NCBI RefSeq assembly: GCF_902713615.1
Contig: NC_052157.1
Location: forward strand, 58,416,325 to 58,480,324
Direction: 5' to 3'
Length of the DNA: 64,000 bases
Source: Scyliorhinus canicula
Taxonomy: Eukaryota
Shown: in pieces, positions 37,613 to 50,632 of the stretch
Layout of the letters: the number at the start of each line of letters is the position of its first letter
How positions within the stretch are numbered: the first letter of the stretch is position 1
Notes under the pieces: generated by a model
What the model was told of the DNA's origin: nothing
Databases searched by the model: none
The model's input: the letters and a program-made list of their open reading frames with translations, nothing else
Made by a program: the position numbers and the translations under genes

Positions 37613-39169
37613 TCAGTCTCCAACAGAATACTATTGCTTCAAACACTGGGAATAAGGATACAACGTCTGATTTGGAGCGACCCTACCTCTGGACCAGAAA
37701 CTCCGGGTTCAAGTCCAACGCCAGGACTTGTTGGCCACAGAAGGAGCGTTCATAACACGGCTCAACAGGCTGATGACCAGCTGAGAAATCCTTCCACCAC
37801 TATTCCCCAAAGCAGGAAAAAAAGTGCGTGTGTGAAGATATACTTGAAGAACCACGGCCTCAGTCCTGATCCAGAAGATAATCTTTACACAAACTGATTT
37901 TGATGAGGGTCCAGTTACGCAAATGTAAAACTGAGAAAGAGTGAGACACACACAGTGTGGGGAGAACACAGAACATGAGAATCATTCAAAGTCCAATTTA
38001 CCCTCCAAAAAACCACAGGAACTCATTCCCAAGAAATAGCTTGAAACCTCTTGATATAATCTGTTGAGACACCTTTGAAATGATCTTTCTGAGATGATTC
38101 TCTGTTATTTTCAATTTGTACAGCCTCTTTCAGGATTATCCCTTACTGTCGGAAACACCCTTCTCCCCATTCTGATCAGAAATGTCTTTAGATATTCTTC
38201 GATGATCCACCAGGACTGAACAGACAAATTCTATCGCTGCATATGAGTGAATTCTTATTTTGTCATTCACTTTCTTGTCAGTCAGTGTTTAGAGAAGTGT
38301 CGACTTCAGGATCAGTGGATAACTGGCCAGAGTAGATCGGTATAATTTACTCACAATTTGACCGTCAAACATATTTTCAGATATTTGAATTTTATAATTA
38401 ATTCTTAAATATTAAAACTAACAGCAATTTAGGAAGCAAATAAACAGAGTTGGTTCGAGAATTGGGAGAATCTCTGCAGAGGAAAACAGGAGAAAACAGT
38501 GCCACCACTGGTAGGAAGGCATCATTACAATGTGACATATTTACGTTGACATTAGCAATGTAATTGTGAACAGAGGAAATTATAACATGTGAGGTGGTTG
38601 CAGATGTACCTTTTTCATTATGTCATGGATGAGTGAGACAGCTTTGAGTACAGAATGAGCTAAAGCTGCAATAAACAATCATTTTATCTTTCACTCTCAG
38701 GAAGTACAATGAGCAAATGGCTGAGTGGATGGGTTGAACTATGTGGTGTATTGCAGAGCACAGAGACCAACCTTCTGCTTCTGCTCTGCGTTTCAAGACC
38801 AGATTTCAACTGTACGTTTGTCTCAATGATAGTCACTAATTCACCTGCATTAATCTATAACATGTCATTCACTCTGTTAATCACAAGGTGATATAATGGA
38901 GTTTGAGTGAACTCCCCTCTAACTGTCCATTTACAGTGGAGGTCATTGAGCCCTCTCATGCCTGCTACACTGGAACAGGAGGAGGTCCATTCAGAACTTT
39001 GAGGCGGTTGCACAGGAATAAAGAGGTCCAATTCAGCTCCCACAAGCATGTTACACTGGATTGGAGGAGACCATTCAACCCACTCGAGCACTGGGGGAGC
39101 CCATTCAACCCCTCAGGTTTGCTACAGAGGAACTGGGGGAACCCATTGAGCCCCCTTGAGTTTGTTACA

Positions 39170-39545
39170 CAGAATCACAGGATCGGTGTAATGCCATTCA
39201 TTGAACACTTCCTTGTCACATTACTCTTTCCAAAGTGGATCACCTCACACTTTTCGTGGTAAAGGTCCATCAGCCATTTTTCTGCCCATTTGACCATCCC
39301 GGCCATATCTTTCTGTAACCCAAGACACTCAACTTCACTTTTAACCTCCCGACCAATCTTGGTGTCATCCGCAAACTTTCTGATCTTACATCCCGCATAG
39401 ACATCTATGGCGTTTTTATGAATGACAAACAATAGGCGACCCAGAACAGATCCCAGTGGTAAGCCGCTGGGCACTGGCTCCAGCCACTAAAGCAGGCATC
39501 TGTCATCACCCTCTGTCTCCTACAGCTAAGCCAATTTTGAATCCA
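39170..39545 (-). mobile_element. CR1 RT fragment
   Basis: GLPLGSVLGRLLF..KFADDTKIG..KCEVIHFGK (ORF 39175-39474). Confidence 0.85.
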
Positions 39546-40192
39546 CTCCGGCGTCGGGCCGCCCCAAAGGTGCGGAACCCTCCGCACCTTCAGGGGCTAG
39601 GACGATGCCGGAGGAGTTTACACCCCGCCGGCCAGCGTGGAAGGCCTTTGGCGCCGTGCCAGCTGGGGCCGAAGGGACTCCTCCAGCCGGCGCGGGTCCG
39701 CGCAAGCGCAGGAGCATCAGTGGCTGCTGACGTCATCCCCGCGCATGCGCAGGGGGGTTCACCTTCGTGCGCATTGCAGAGGCCTACATGGCCGGCGCGT
39801 AGGAATAGAGTGCCCCCACGGCACAGGCCAGCCCGCGGATTGGTGGGCCCCGACCCCAAGCCAGGCCACCATGAGGGCACCTCCCGGGGCCAGATTCCCC
39901 CGCGACCCCAAGAACCTCGGAGCCCGTCCGTGCCACCAAGTTCCGCCGGTAAGGGACTAACTCCAATTTACGCCGACGGGACCGGCATAGAACGGGCGGG
40001 AGTTCATCCCATCGTGAACCGGAGAATCACCGGGGGGGGGGCACTGCCAGTGGCCGCCGACTGGCGCGGCGCGATTCCCGCCCCGCCAAATCCCCGGTGC
40101 CGGAGAATTCGGCAGCCGGCGGGGGCGGGATTCACACCGGCCCTCCGGCGATTCTCTGGCCCAGCCGGGGGGGGGGTCAGAGAATCCCGCCA
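39546..40192. mobile_element. Harbinger-type GC-rich MITE (left end eroded)
   Basis: Right end ..agagaatcccgcc with repeated gattctcc/ggagaatc subterminal motifs. Confidence 0.7.
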
Positions 40193-41105
40193 CCTGTGTT
40201 CATAGCTGTGAACACCGAGACACTGGTCGAGGCGGATGTGGCACTCCTGAACCGGCAGCACCTCCTGAACTGGCAGCGCCTCAGGGCTCAGCTCTGCTCG
40301 CACCCCCATCTCATGGAGTAGCCCACAGGCCATTTGGCACCCCGAGGGAGGAGGAGGTGATGGGGCCCCTGCTGGTCACTGTCACAGGGGAGGTGGCGGG
40401 ACACCACAGTGCCTCGGACTCCCTCCTCCTGTTCTGTCCCTGGCGCATCAGGTGGGCAGCGGGAGAACAGGGCGGCACCACTGACGTCACAGGAAAGCTG
40501 TGACCTAATTGGCTGATAGTGAACCTGTGCTAAATTTAAGAAATAAATACAGCAAAAGTAATTAATTAACTAAGTAGAGATGGTTGGGCAGGTGATGTGC
40601 TGTAGCTGCATGACGTGGGAACTGGCAATGACCACATCAGCAGCAAGTGTTTGTTGCTCAAGGAATTTCGGCTCAGAACTGATGAGCTGGAGTCTGAGCT
40701 TCAGGCACTGGCATATCTGGGAGGGGCAGAGTTACCTGGACGCTTTGTTTCAGGAGGCGGCAGATTAAGTACCTCAAATTTTGCAAGTTGCCAGGGACAG
40801 CAGGGTGTGAGGCAGGTAAAGGAATCCTGAATTTACTAATGGAGGAGCCTCAGCTCTTGACATTGTCCAACAGGTACGTGGTATGTGCTCCCTGTTTGGA
40901 TGAGGAAAAGGACTGTCGGGAGGATGAGTTAGCCGACAACTGCCACAGGAGGCCATTCAAGTGGGGGGAACAAAAAGACAAGTGGTTGCTGTAGGGGATT
41001 CTATAATTAGGCGGATTGATAGCATCCTTTGCAAACAGGACCAAGAGTCCCGCGTGGTATGTTGCCTGCCTGATGCCAGGGTGAGGGACACCTCTTACTG
41101 GCTTT

Positions 41106-41328
41106 TAAAAAAAAATTTAGAGTACCCAATTATTTTTTCCAATTAAGGGGCAATTTAGCGTGGCCAATCCACCTATCCTGCGCATCTTTTGGGTTATGGG
41201 GGTGAAACCCACGCAGACACGGGGAGAATGTGCAACTCCTCACGGACAGTGACTCAGAGCCATGATTTAAACCCGGGTCCTCAGCGCCATAGGCAGCAAT
41301 GCTAACCACTGTGCCACCGTGCTGCCCT
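41106..41328 (-). mobile_element. SINE (short type) in CR1 ORF1
   Basis: 14-bp TSD CTCTTACTGGCTTT at 41092-41105 and 41329-41342. Confidence 0.9.
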
Positions 41329-44061
41329 CTCTTACTGGCTTTAAAGAATATTGGAGAGGGAGGGAGAGGATGCAGTTGTTGTGGTCCATGTTGGGACAAA
41401 CAACATAGGCAAGACTAGGAAAGAGGGTCTGTTTGGGGGTTATCAGGAACTAGGAACAAGATTAAAGAACAGTTCCTCAAGCGTTATAATCTCTGGATTA
41501 CTACCCGAGACATGTGCAAATTGGCAAAGGGATGAGAAAATTAGGGAAGTAAACACGTGGCTAAAGGAATGGTGAGAGAGGAAGGGGTTCCATTTCATAG
41601 AGCATTCGGATCAATATTGGAACAGGAGGGAGCTGTACCATTAGGACGGTCTCCACCTGGACTGATCTGGGACCAGTGTTCCAGCAGAAAGGATAAATAG
41701 GACTTTAAACTAGCAAGTGGGATGGAAGGGAAGGGTAAAGCTACAAGAGGTATAATGGTTAAAGGGAACCAAAACAGCAGGTTGGTATGTGAGGAGAAGG
41801 TAGAGGTTAATAGGATAAACAGGCAAGGCCAGTCCAACGACTACAGAGGGGAAACAAAACCTAAAAAATCAAAATGTAAGGAGACTGTGAGAGTGGAATT
41901 TGGGGATGAGGCTGAGTGTTGTCAGAGATTAATAAAGGAGGTCAGAATGTGTGAAAAGCAGAGTGCACAAGAAAATCCTGCAAGGGGAAGGCAAATCAGT
42001 AGGACATATTTAAAAACATTGGCCCGAAATGCACGCAGTATTCAGAATGAGGTCAATGAGCTAAGGACACAAATAGAGGCAAATGGGTATGATTTGGTGG
42101 GGATTACTGAAACACGGTTGCAGGAGGACCAGGACTGGGAGTAGATTGCCCAACGGTACTCAGCATTCCGAAAGGATAGACAGGCTGGAACAGGAGGTGG
42201 AGTTGCATTATTTGTTAAAGATAATATCAAAGCTGTGTTAAGAAATTATATCGGCACTAAGGGCCAAAATGTTGAATCGATCTGGGTGGAAATTTTTAAA
42301 AACGGGAAAACTCCTTTGCAAGACTAATTTACAGGCCCCCGAACAATACTTCAAAAAATGGGGCATAGTATAAATCAAGAAATAATGAGGGCTTGCGAGA
42401 CGGGCACACCGGTAATCATGGGTGATTTTAATACTGACTGGATTAATTAAATTGGCAAGGGTAGCCTCAGGGAGATTTCATAGATGTCTGAGGGATTTCT
42501 CGGAGCAAAACATAATGGAACCAAATAGGGAGAAGGCCATTTTAGATTTAGTATTTTGTAACAAAGAAGGTTTGATAAATCATCTTGTTATTAAGTATCC
42601 TTTTGGAAGGAGTGATCACAACATGCTAGAATTTCAAATTCAGATTGAACGAGAGGGGACAGAGTGTCACACTGGAGTTTTAGCATTGGGCATAGGTAAT
42701 TATACAGGCCTGAGGAAAGAGTTGGCCCAAGTAGGCTGGGCATAAATAATTGAGGGTAGGGCAGTTGAGGAACAACTGCGGATGTCCAGGGAGATATTAA
42801 ATACTACTCAATCAAAGTACATTCCTGAGAGGAAGTGGAATTCTAAAAGGGGAGAAAAACGTTCCATGGATAAAGATGGAAGTCAAGGAAGACATAAAGG
42901 CAAAAACTAGGGCATATCATACTGCAAAAGCTAGTGGTAAGCTGGAGGACTGAGAGAACTTTAAGGTTCAGCAGAAGGTTATTAAAAATAAAATCAAAAG
43001 AGCCAAGATGAACACTGAAAATAAATCAGCAGAAAACATAAACACTGGTATGAAGAGTTTCTATAAGTGTATAAAGAGGAAGAGAACAGCGAAAGTAAAT
43101 GTTGGCCCTTTAGAGGATGATACTGGTGAGGTAATAATGGGGAACACAGAGATGACGGAGGCAATGAACCAACATTTTGTCTGTCTTCACGGTAGAAGAT
43201 AATAAAAATTTTCCAAAATCTACAGTTAATGCAGAGGAACTTGGCACAATAACCATCACTGGCATTGAAGAAACTGATGGGATGAAGTGCTGATAAGTTT
43301 CTGGGAGATGATGGCTTGCACAGTTGCCATACTAAGGGAGGTGGCAGTGGACATAGTGGATGCATTGGTTATGATATTTCAGAATTCCTGGATTCTGGAA
43401 GGGTCCCACTGGATTGGAAACCTTCTAATGTGACGCCCCTCTTCAAAAAGGGAGAGAGGTAAAAGGTAGGAAATTATAGACCAGTCAGCCTGACCTCTGT
43501 GGTGGGGAAGTTGCTGAAATTAATCACTCTGGCGACCAGGGGATTTTCACAGTAACTTCACTGCAGTTTTAATGTAAGCCTACTTGTGACACTAATAAAG
43601 ATTGTTACTGTTATCATCATCATGAAGGAGGTGATGATTGAACATTTGGGAAGACAAAGCTCAATCCACCATTATTAGCATGGTTTTATGAAGGGTAAGT
43701 CATGCTTGACAAACTTGCTTAAGTTCTTTGAGGATGTAACCAGCAAGATGGATAATGGGGAACCTGTGGATGTGAAATATAGAATATATTAAGACTTCCA
43801 GAAGGCATTTGACAAGGTGCCACATAAAAGACTGAGCAAGAAGGTGAGATCGCAGGAGATTGGAGGAGAGTACTAGACGGATGAGGATTGGATGACTGAC
43901 AGAAAGCAGGGGGTCAGGATAAATGGGCCCTTCTCTGGCTGATGAACTGTAACTAGCGGGGTGCCGCTGGGGTCAGTCCTCGGATCTCAACTGTTTACAA
44001 TCTATATAAATGATCTGCAAGCAGGGACAGGGGGTAACATAGCAAACTGTAAGGATGATAC

Positions 44062-44297
44062 TGTGGTAGTCGCTACTGATGTATTATACTGTATATATGG
44101 GTTTTACGGTAAGCCCCTGTACTACAGGCATGGGGGTAGATCCCTGCCTGTTGGCTCCGCCCAGTAGGTGGAGTATAAATGTGTGTGCTCTCCGAACAGC
44201 AGCCATTTCGTCAGCTGCTGTAGGAGGCCGCACATCTCCATGTAATAAAGCCTTGATAACATTCTACTCTCGTCTCGTCATAATTGACAGTGCATCA
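44062..44297 (+). mobile_element. Gypsy solo LTR, 236 bp, inserted in the CR1 RT DDTK codons
   Basis: TG..CA ends, 5-bp TSD GATAC (44057-44061, 44298-44302), TATAAAT and AATAAA. Removal restores KDDTKIG. Related to the LTRs at 55868 and 60777. Confidence 0.85.
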
Positions 44298-44854
44298 GAT
44301 ACTAAAATAGGTGAGAAAGCAGGCAGTGAAGAGGAGATAAAAACTTTTACAGACGGATATAGATAGGCTAGGAGATTGGGACAAACTTTGACAGATGAAG
44401 TTTAATGTGGATAAGTGTGAAGTTGTCCATTTTGGCAAAAAAAATAGAAAGGCAAGTTATTATCTCAATGGAAAGCAGATTCAAAATGCATCTGGGCAGA
44501 GGGATCTGGGTGTCTTTGTTCATGAATCACAGAAAGCCGGTATGCAGGTACAGCATGTAATTAAAAAGGCAAATGGAATGTACGCATTTATTGCAAAAGT
44601 ACTGGAGTATAAAAGTAGAGAAGTGTTGTAATTGTACAGGGTGTTGGTGAGACCACATCTGGAGGATTGTGTCCAGTTTTGGTTTCCTTATTTGATAAAG
44701 GATGTGGTACCATTTTAGTCAGTTCAGAGGAGGTTCACCAGACTGGTTCCGGGATGAGGAGAGATTAAACATTTTGGGCTTATACCTGCTGGAGTTTAGG
44801 AGGATAAGAGGGGATCTGACTGAGATGTATCAAATCAGATCAACAGGCAAATTT

Positions 44855-45175
44855 GGGGCCTCACGGTAGCATGGTGGTTAGCATCAATGCTTCACAGCTC
44901 CAGGGTCCCAGGTTCGATTCCCGGCTGGGTCACTGTCTGTGTGGAGTCTGCACGTCCTCCCTGTGTGTGCGTGGGTTTCCTCCGGGTGCTCCGGTTTCCT
45001 CCCACAGTCCAAAGATGTGCGGGTTAGGTGGATTGGCCATGCTAAATTGCCCGTAGTGTAAGGTTAATGGGGGTTGGGTTACGGGTATACGGGTTACGTG
45101 GGTTTAAAGTAGGGTGATCATTGCTCGGCACAACATCGAGGGCCGAAGGGCCTGTTCTGTGCTGTACTGTTCTAA
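44855..45175 (+). mobile_element. HE1/V-SINE-like SINE, young
   Basis: Nearly identical to 15238-15574. Confidence 0.9.
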
Positions 45176-45469
45176 ATGCTTAATGGGATTGATGAAGTAA
45201 ACATAGACCAAATGTTCCCCCTTTGTGGGGAAATCTAGAAAGAGAGTTCACGGATATAGGCTGAGGAGCAGTAGATTTTGAACTGAGATGAGGAGAAAGT
45301 ACTTCTTGCAGAGGATGGTGAAATTGTGGAACTCCCTGCCCATAGTGTGATTGAATCTGAGTCATTTAATGTTTTCAGGAAAGAGATCAGTCATGATCTG
45401 ATTAAATGGCAGAGCAGGCTTGAAGGCCTGAATTGCCTACTTCTGCTCCTAATTCCTGTGCTGCTATGT

Positions 45470-48285
45470 GCCATGCCACCTGGGACACCCAAGCAGCTGC
45501 CGGGCCCATCCAGGCGTGGTCATCTTAGAAGATGACCGCCAAAGGGGATCCAGGTAGCAGGGCAGGAATTGCAGCAGATCACCTCCACTCCCTGATGTAA
45601 CGCCTGGGGATCTACCTATGTGTAGCATTAAGGCCCATAAGGCCAGAAAGGTACACACTAGTTAAGATGGCATGGGTGCAGCACATAGGACAGTGTTCAG
45701 TGCTAGGGCACAACGCTCTGTATATAAGTTCACTTCTTCGCATTAAACACCTGCTCACAACATTGCAATCTTCCTCGGTGCTCTGTCAGAGGATGTGAGG
45801 GATGGGATGTGCTGGCGGCAGAAGGGGCGGAGGAGGGGGATGGGCTTGGCGCAGGGTCCCCAGTTGAGCCAGCGCTCACTGCTCTGGTGTTCAGCCCCAA
45901 TTCCCCCCCCCCCCCCCGCGCAAAAATTAAATGGGAGCTTGCGATCAAATGGCTAGTTCGCATTCTAGGATCACCTAGGTGGACGGTGAAACATGCTACC
46001 ATGAACAGGTATTAGACATTGTCGAAAGGTGCAGAGCATTGCAGACCGGGATGCCATCATCCTCCATCCCATGGACCATTACTGCCAACCCAGGGTCCAC
46101 ACCCAGTAGTACGGCAGGTACATATCACAGAGGGGGTTTGGAGGGGTTGGTCAGCAGGGGGTGAGGATTGGGATGGGATGCCCATGCCCCCCTGATCAGG
46201 CCCGCTAGTCAGTGAACCTGGAGGCAACTGGAGCATCCCATGCACGCAGCCCAGTTGCACACGTTGTGCTGCCTCCAGTGCTGCCTGGACCTGCCATTCC
46301 TCCTCCTATAGCATGTCACCCCTCTGATGCGATGTTGTGGAGGATGTAGCAGATCACCACAATGTGGGAGACCCTCCTAGTGCTCTATGGAGGGCCCCTC
46401 CACAGCAGTCCAGACACCTGAACCACATCTTCAGGATGCTGAAGCGCCGCTCATCCATGCATGGGCGTCGTTGTAGCGGGATCTCCATGTCTGTCTGTGG
46501 TCTCCGGATGCATGTCATCAGCCACAGCCACAGTGGATAACTCCTGTCGCCCAGGAGTCAACCTCCCCAGCTGGTGGTGCACCTTGATGAGGCCAGGAAC
46601 CATTGAGTGTGCCATGGTGAAGGCGTGGTGCACACTGCCAGGGTATCGGGCACAGACGTGCATGATGCGCAGCTCATGGTCACACACCAGCTGTACATTC
46701 ATCAAATGGAACCCCTTTGGGTTTGTGAACACTGGTCTGTCATGGACGGTGCTTTTAGGCCCATCAATCACTCCCTTGATCTTGGGCATCTCGGCGATGA
46801 CAGCAAACAAGGGCATCGTGGTGGGCTGGGTCCACATTGAATTTCATGTATTGTGCGACTGGGCCTCCTGTGCACCGAGCTCTGTAAGATCCCTGACAGG
46901 TCCCCACTCAGCACTTGGAAAGACCCCGTGCCGTAAAGATTCAGGGCGAACGTCACCTTGATGGCCAATGTGAGAGCGTGTCCTCCCCATACCCCTGCGG
47001 TGCCAGGTGTGCCATGATCTGGCAGATATGTCGCACCATCTCCCTGCTCAGCCGAAGTCTTCAACAGCATGCCCCGTCCAGCAGGTCCACGAATGACAGC
47101 CACTGCTGGTAGACATGAGGCCTCATGCGGTGCCTCCTTCCAACCTCCTCCTCTCAGGCCTGTCAAGCGCCGGGTCTCCATCCTCACTGGCTGGCTCCTG
47201 TTCCTCTGGGGCTGGCTCCGCCGTTGCACGGTCTTCCCAGAGGAGCTTGCACAGCCTCAGTGCATCCCCCAGGGCTGTGGCGACTAGGATGAAGGGCACC
47301 GATCCTGTTGAATTCCAAATTCCATTGTCTGCAGTTGGTGTCTGCAGCTGTGGCTGATGGAGACTGACATGGAGACCCACTGCAACGACGCCCATGTACC
47401 CCAACGTACGCCAGTGCCCGGTCAAATCCACCAGGCTACACAGTGGCCCCAGTCTGCACGACAGACCCTGCCCCACATGTGTGTCCTCCACCCATCCACA
47501 CCCGGCCATTCCCCGGCACACTGCCCTAGCCACATCAGTGCTCAGCACCATGGGGGCCACTAGCCCTTGCGCCAGCTTCTGTTGCCAGGAGTGCCGTTGG
47601 CTGCTCCGCTGGTAGGTAGTAGCCAGTCCGGGGGGAGGACAAAGTTGGAGGAGTAGGGGGTGCTGGCTGGAGTGCAAGGGATGGTGGGTGGGGGCACCCA
47701 TACGGCCGGAGTCACTCTGCACAACCAGTCACCACGGTGGGCGGTCAGCGGGGTGCACAGCAAGATGGCTGCTTTGCCATCCCAGGCCTGTGGGGTGTCA
47801 CCCTGACCCACAACCCATCCCCTGGTCACACCCTGTCACCCCCTGCTGCCCCCCAGGCCTGGCAGAGGCCCCCCCCCACAGGCTTCTTAGAGAACCACCT
47901 CCCAGCCAGCCCTGTCAGTGGCAGGACCGGCAGCCCACGGCCGCACCTCTCCATGTCCTAACTCCTCTCTCTCCCTCATCAGCCACGGCACCTCTTTCCC
48001 GATTTGTAAAACCACAAGGGAACCCCCCATTGGTAATTCCAGCAGGTGGAGCCAGCGAATCGCCGAGGCCACGGAGAATACCGGGTCAGACCCGCTCATG
48101 ACATGCGAACAGCATTTACTGTACGTACGGAGTAGAACGTATCAATGCTGCTGTCGAGGTACTGGAGCATGGCACTCTGACCTGTGCCTGGCACCCGCCA
48201 TGATTTTGGCGTCATGACCAATTCTCCGCCCAATCGCATTTAACGATTTTAGCAACGTCCAGCCGGAAACCCCGCCTTTGATTTC
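45470..48285 (-). mobile_element. Degenerate PIF/Harbinger transposon
   Basis: KIKGVIDGPKST..FTNPKGFHLMNVQLVCDHELRIMHVCARYPGSVHHAF (ORF 46451-46837). Subterminal motifs at about 48220-48285. Confidence 0.85.
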
Positions 48286-48296
48286 TCTCTTTGACA

Positions 48297-49975
48297 TCAA
48301 CCAACAGTGTTCACAAAGGAGAGGGGTAATGTTGTTGAGGAGGATAGTGCGATACAGGCTGGTAGGCTGGAGGAGGTAGATATTTTGAAGGAAGATGTGT
48401 TAGAAATTTTGAGAAGCCTGAGGATAGATAAGTCCCCTGGGCCTGATGGGATATATCCTCGGATTCTTTGGGAGGTGAGTGATGAGATTGCAGAGCCTTT
48501 GGCTTTGATCTTTATGTCCTCACAGTCTACAGAAATAGTGCGAAAAGACTGGAGAGAAGCGAATGTTGTCCCCTTGTTCAAGAAAGGGAATAGGTATAAC
48601 CCTGGGAATTATAGGTCGGTTAGTCTCACTTCGGTCGTAGGTAAATTATTGGAAAGGGTCCTGAGGGATAGGATTTATGATCATTTGGAAAGATACAGCT
48701 TAATCCAGGATAGTCAGCATGGATTTGTGAGGGGTAAGTCTTGCCTCACAAGTATGATGGTATTCTTTGAGGAGGTAACTAAGTACATAGATGAAGGTAG
48801 AGAAGTTGATGTTGTATATATGGATTTTAGTAAGGCGTTTGATAAGGTGCCCCATGGTCGGCTCATACATAAAGTAAGGAGGCATGGCATAGAGGGAAAT
48901 TTGGCTGATTGGATCAGTTACTGGCTGTCACATAGAAGACAGAGGGTGATGGTAGATGGTAAATTTTCATCCTGGAGCCCAGTCACCAGTGGTGTACCAC
49001 AGGGATCAATGCTGGGTCCTCTGCTATTTGTGATTTTTATCAATGACTTGGATGATGGAGTTGAAGGTCGGGTTAGTAAATTTGCTGATGACACCAAGAT
49101 TGGTGGAGTAGTGGATAATGTGGAGGGCTGTTGTAGGCTGCAAAGAGACATTGATAGGATGCAGAGCTGGACTGAAAAGTGGCAGATAGAGTTTAACCCT
49201 GATAAGTGTGAGATGATTCATTTTGGTAGGACAAATTTGAATGCGGATTACAGGGTTAACGGCAGGGTTCTGAAGAATGTGGAGGAGCAGAGAGATCTCG
49301 GAGTTCATGTCCATAGATCGCTGAAGGTTGCCACCCAAGTGGACAGAGCCATGAAGAAAGCCTATCGTGTGTTCGTGTTTATTAACAGGGAGATTGAGTT
49401 TAAGAGCCGTGAGGTTATGCTGCAACTGTACAAGACCTTGGTTAGACCACATTTGGAGTATTGTGTGCATTTCTGATCACCTCATTATAGGAAGGATGTG
49501 GAAGCATTGGAAAGGATGCAAAGGAGATTTACCAGGATGCTGCCTGAATTGGAGGGTAGGTCTTATGAGGAAAGGTTGTGGGAGCTATGGCTTTTCTCAT
49601 TGGAGTGAAGGAGGATGAGAGGTGACTTACTTGAGGTGGATAAGATGATGACAGGGATAGATAGAGAGGACGTTCAGCGACTTTTTCCTTGGGTGGATAT
49701 AGCTGTTACAAGGGGGCATAACTATAAGGTTCATGGTGGAAGATATAGGATGGCTGTCAGAGGTAGGTTCTTTACTCAGGGAGTGGTTGGGGCGTGGAAC
49801 GCACTCCCAGCTATGGTAGTGGAGTCGGACACTTTAGGAACTTTCAAGCGGTTATTGGATAGGCACATGGAGTGCACTAGAATGATTGGGAGTACGTTGA
49901 TTTGATCTTAGTTTCAGGCTAGTTCGGCACAACATTGTGGGCCGAAGGGCCTTCCTGTGCTGTATATGTTCTATA
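48297..49975 (+). mobile_element. 5'-truncated CR1 LINE with a long open RT
   Basis: ORF 48307-49476 (KSPGPDGIYPRIL..DFSKAFDKVPH..GVPQGSMLGPLLF..KFADDTK). 3' tail shared with the SINEs (ggccgaagggcc..tgttcta). Confidence 0.95.
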
Positions 49976-50084
49976 TGTTAACTCTCATTTTGACTCAGAC
50001 TGACACATTAGCCCTTTCAAGTTTAAATACACTTCCATTTCTGTGGCATCTTTCACCTGCCCAGGATGTACCAAAGTTGTAAAT

Positions 50085-50237
50085 GGGATTCTCCGCCCCG
50101 CCATGCCACAGTTCTGCCTCACCCAGCCAGCGGCATTCTCCGTTACGCTGGCCGGTCAATGGGGTTTCCCATTGTAGTGCAGCCCCACGCCGTCGGGAAC
50201 CCCCCGGCCTGTCTGCAAAACGGAGCATTCTGCCCTT
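50085..50237. mobile_element. Short Harbinger-type MITE
   Basis: gggattctcc..ggagcattctgccc ends. Same family as 52433-52621. Confidence 0.7.
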
Positions 50238-50431
50238 CATCTCTATATCTCACTTGTCCCTTGAACTGGAAAGATGTTCAGTATGACCGTTTTGAGCCTC
50301 ACTCCCAGATCTCAATAATAAGTAGAAATCTTTCAATGACGTATATTATTGGAATCGGTTTTCTCAAGTCACAACATCAACAAAGGACAACATTGGTCGT
50401 GGAAATTAATTTCGGTTGTTACCTTACTTAC

Positions 50432-50578
50432 AAAGAGTAAGGACCTGTACAACTGCTCACATGAGACTGAAACCGCGGAAACACTCTGTTTAGGGTGAAT
50501 TGTATCTTCCTGTATTGTTAATTCTGTGTATTTAGGTAAAAGGGTTGATATGTCACTGTGAATCAAAATGAGGAAGTT
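50432..50578 (-). promoter_or_regulatory. Third copy (C) of the Siglec-like promoter/non-coding exon 1 module
   Basis: GTAAGT donor at 50431-50426 and GTCACTGTGAATCAAAATGAGGAAGTT at 50552-50578. Colinear homology to 31350-31716 extends over about 50030-50580. Confidence 0.62.
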
Positions 50579-50632
50579 GGGTCAAGTGAAAAACAATACT
50601 TTGCTCTGCCCCATTAGCATACTCTGTGGCAA

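Larger units (their letters stand above)
40480..45440 (+). mobile_element. Near full-length degenerate CR1 LINE (ORF1 with Zn finger + SGNH esterase; ORF2)
   Basis: CCSCMTWE; VVAVGDSIIRRID..VVCCLPDARVRD; VVVHVGTNNIG. ORF2 pieces NARSIQN..DLVGITETRL, PLGSVLGSQLFTIYINDL, KCEVVHFGKKN. Confidence 0.9.

Noticed and set aside
37980-38900. Possible missing leader or other exon for promoter C
   Set aside because: No match to the MIGKSYF leader exon or its flanks, and no convincing open, splice-bounded frame.
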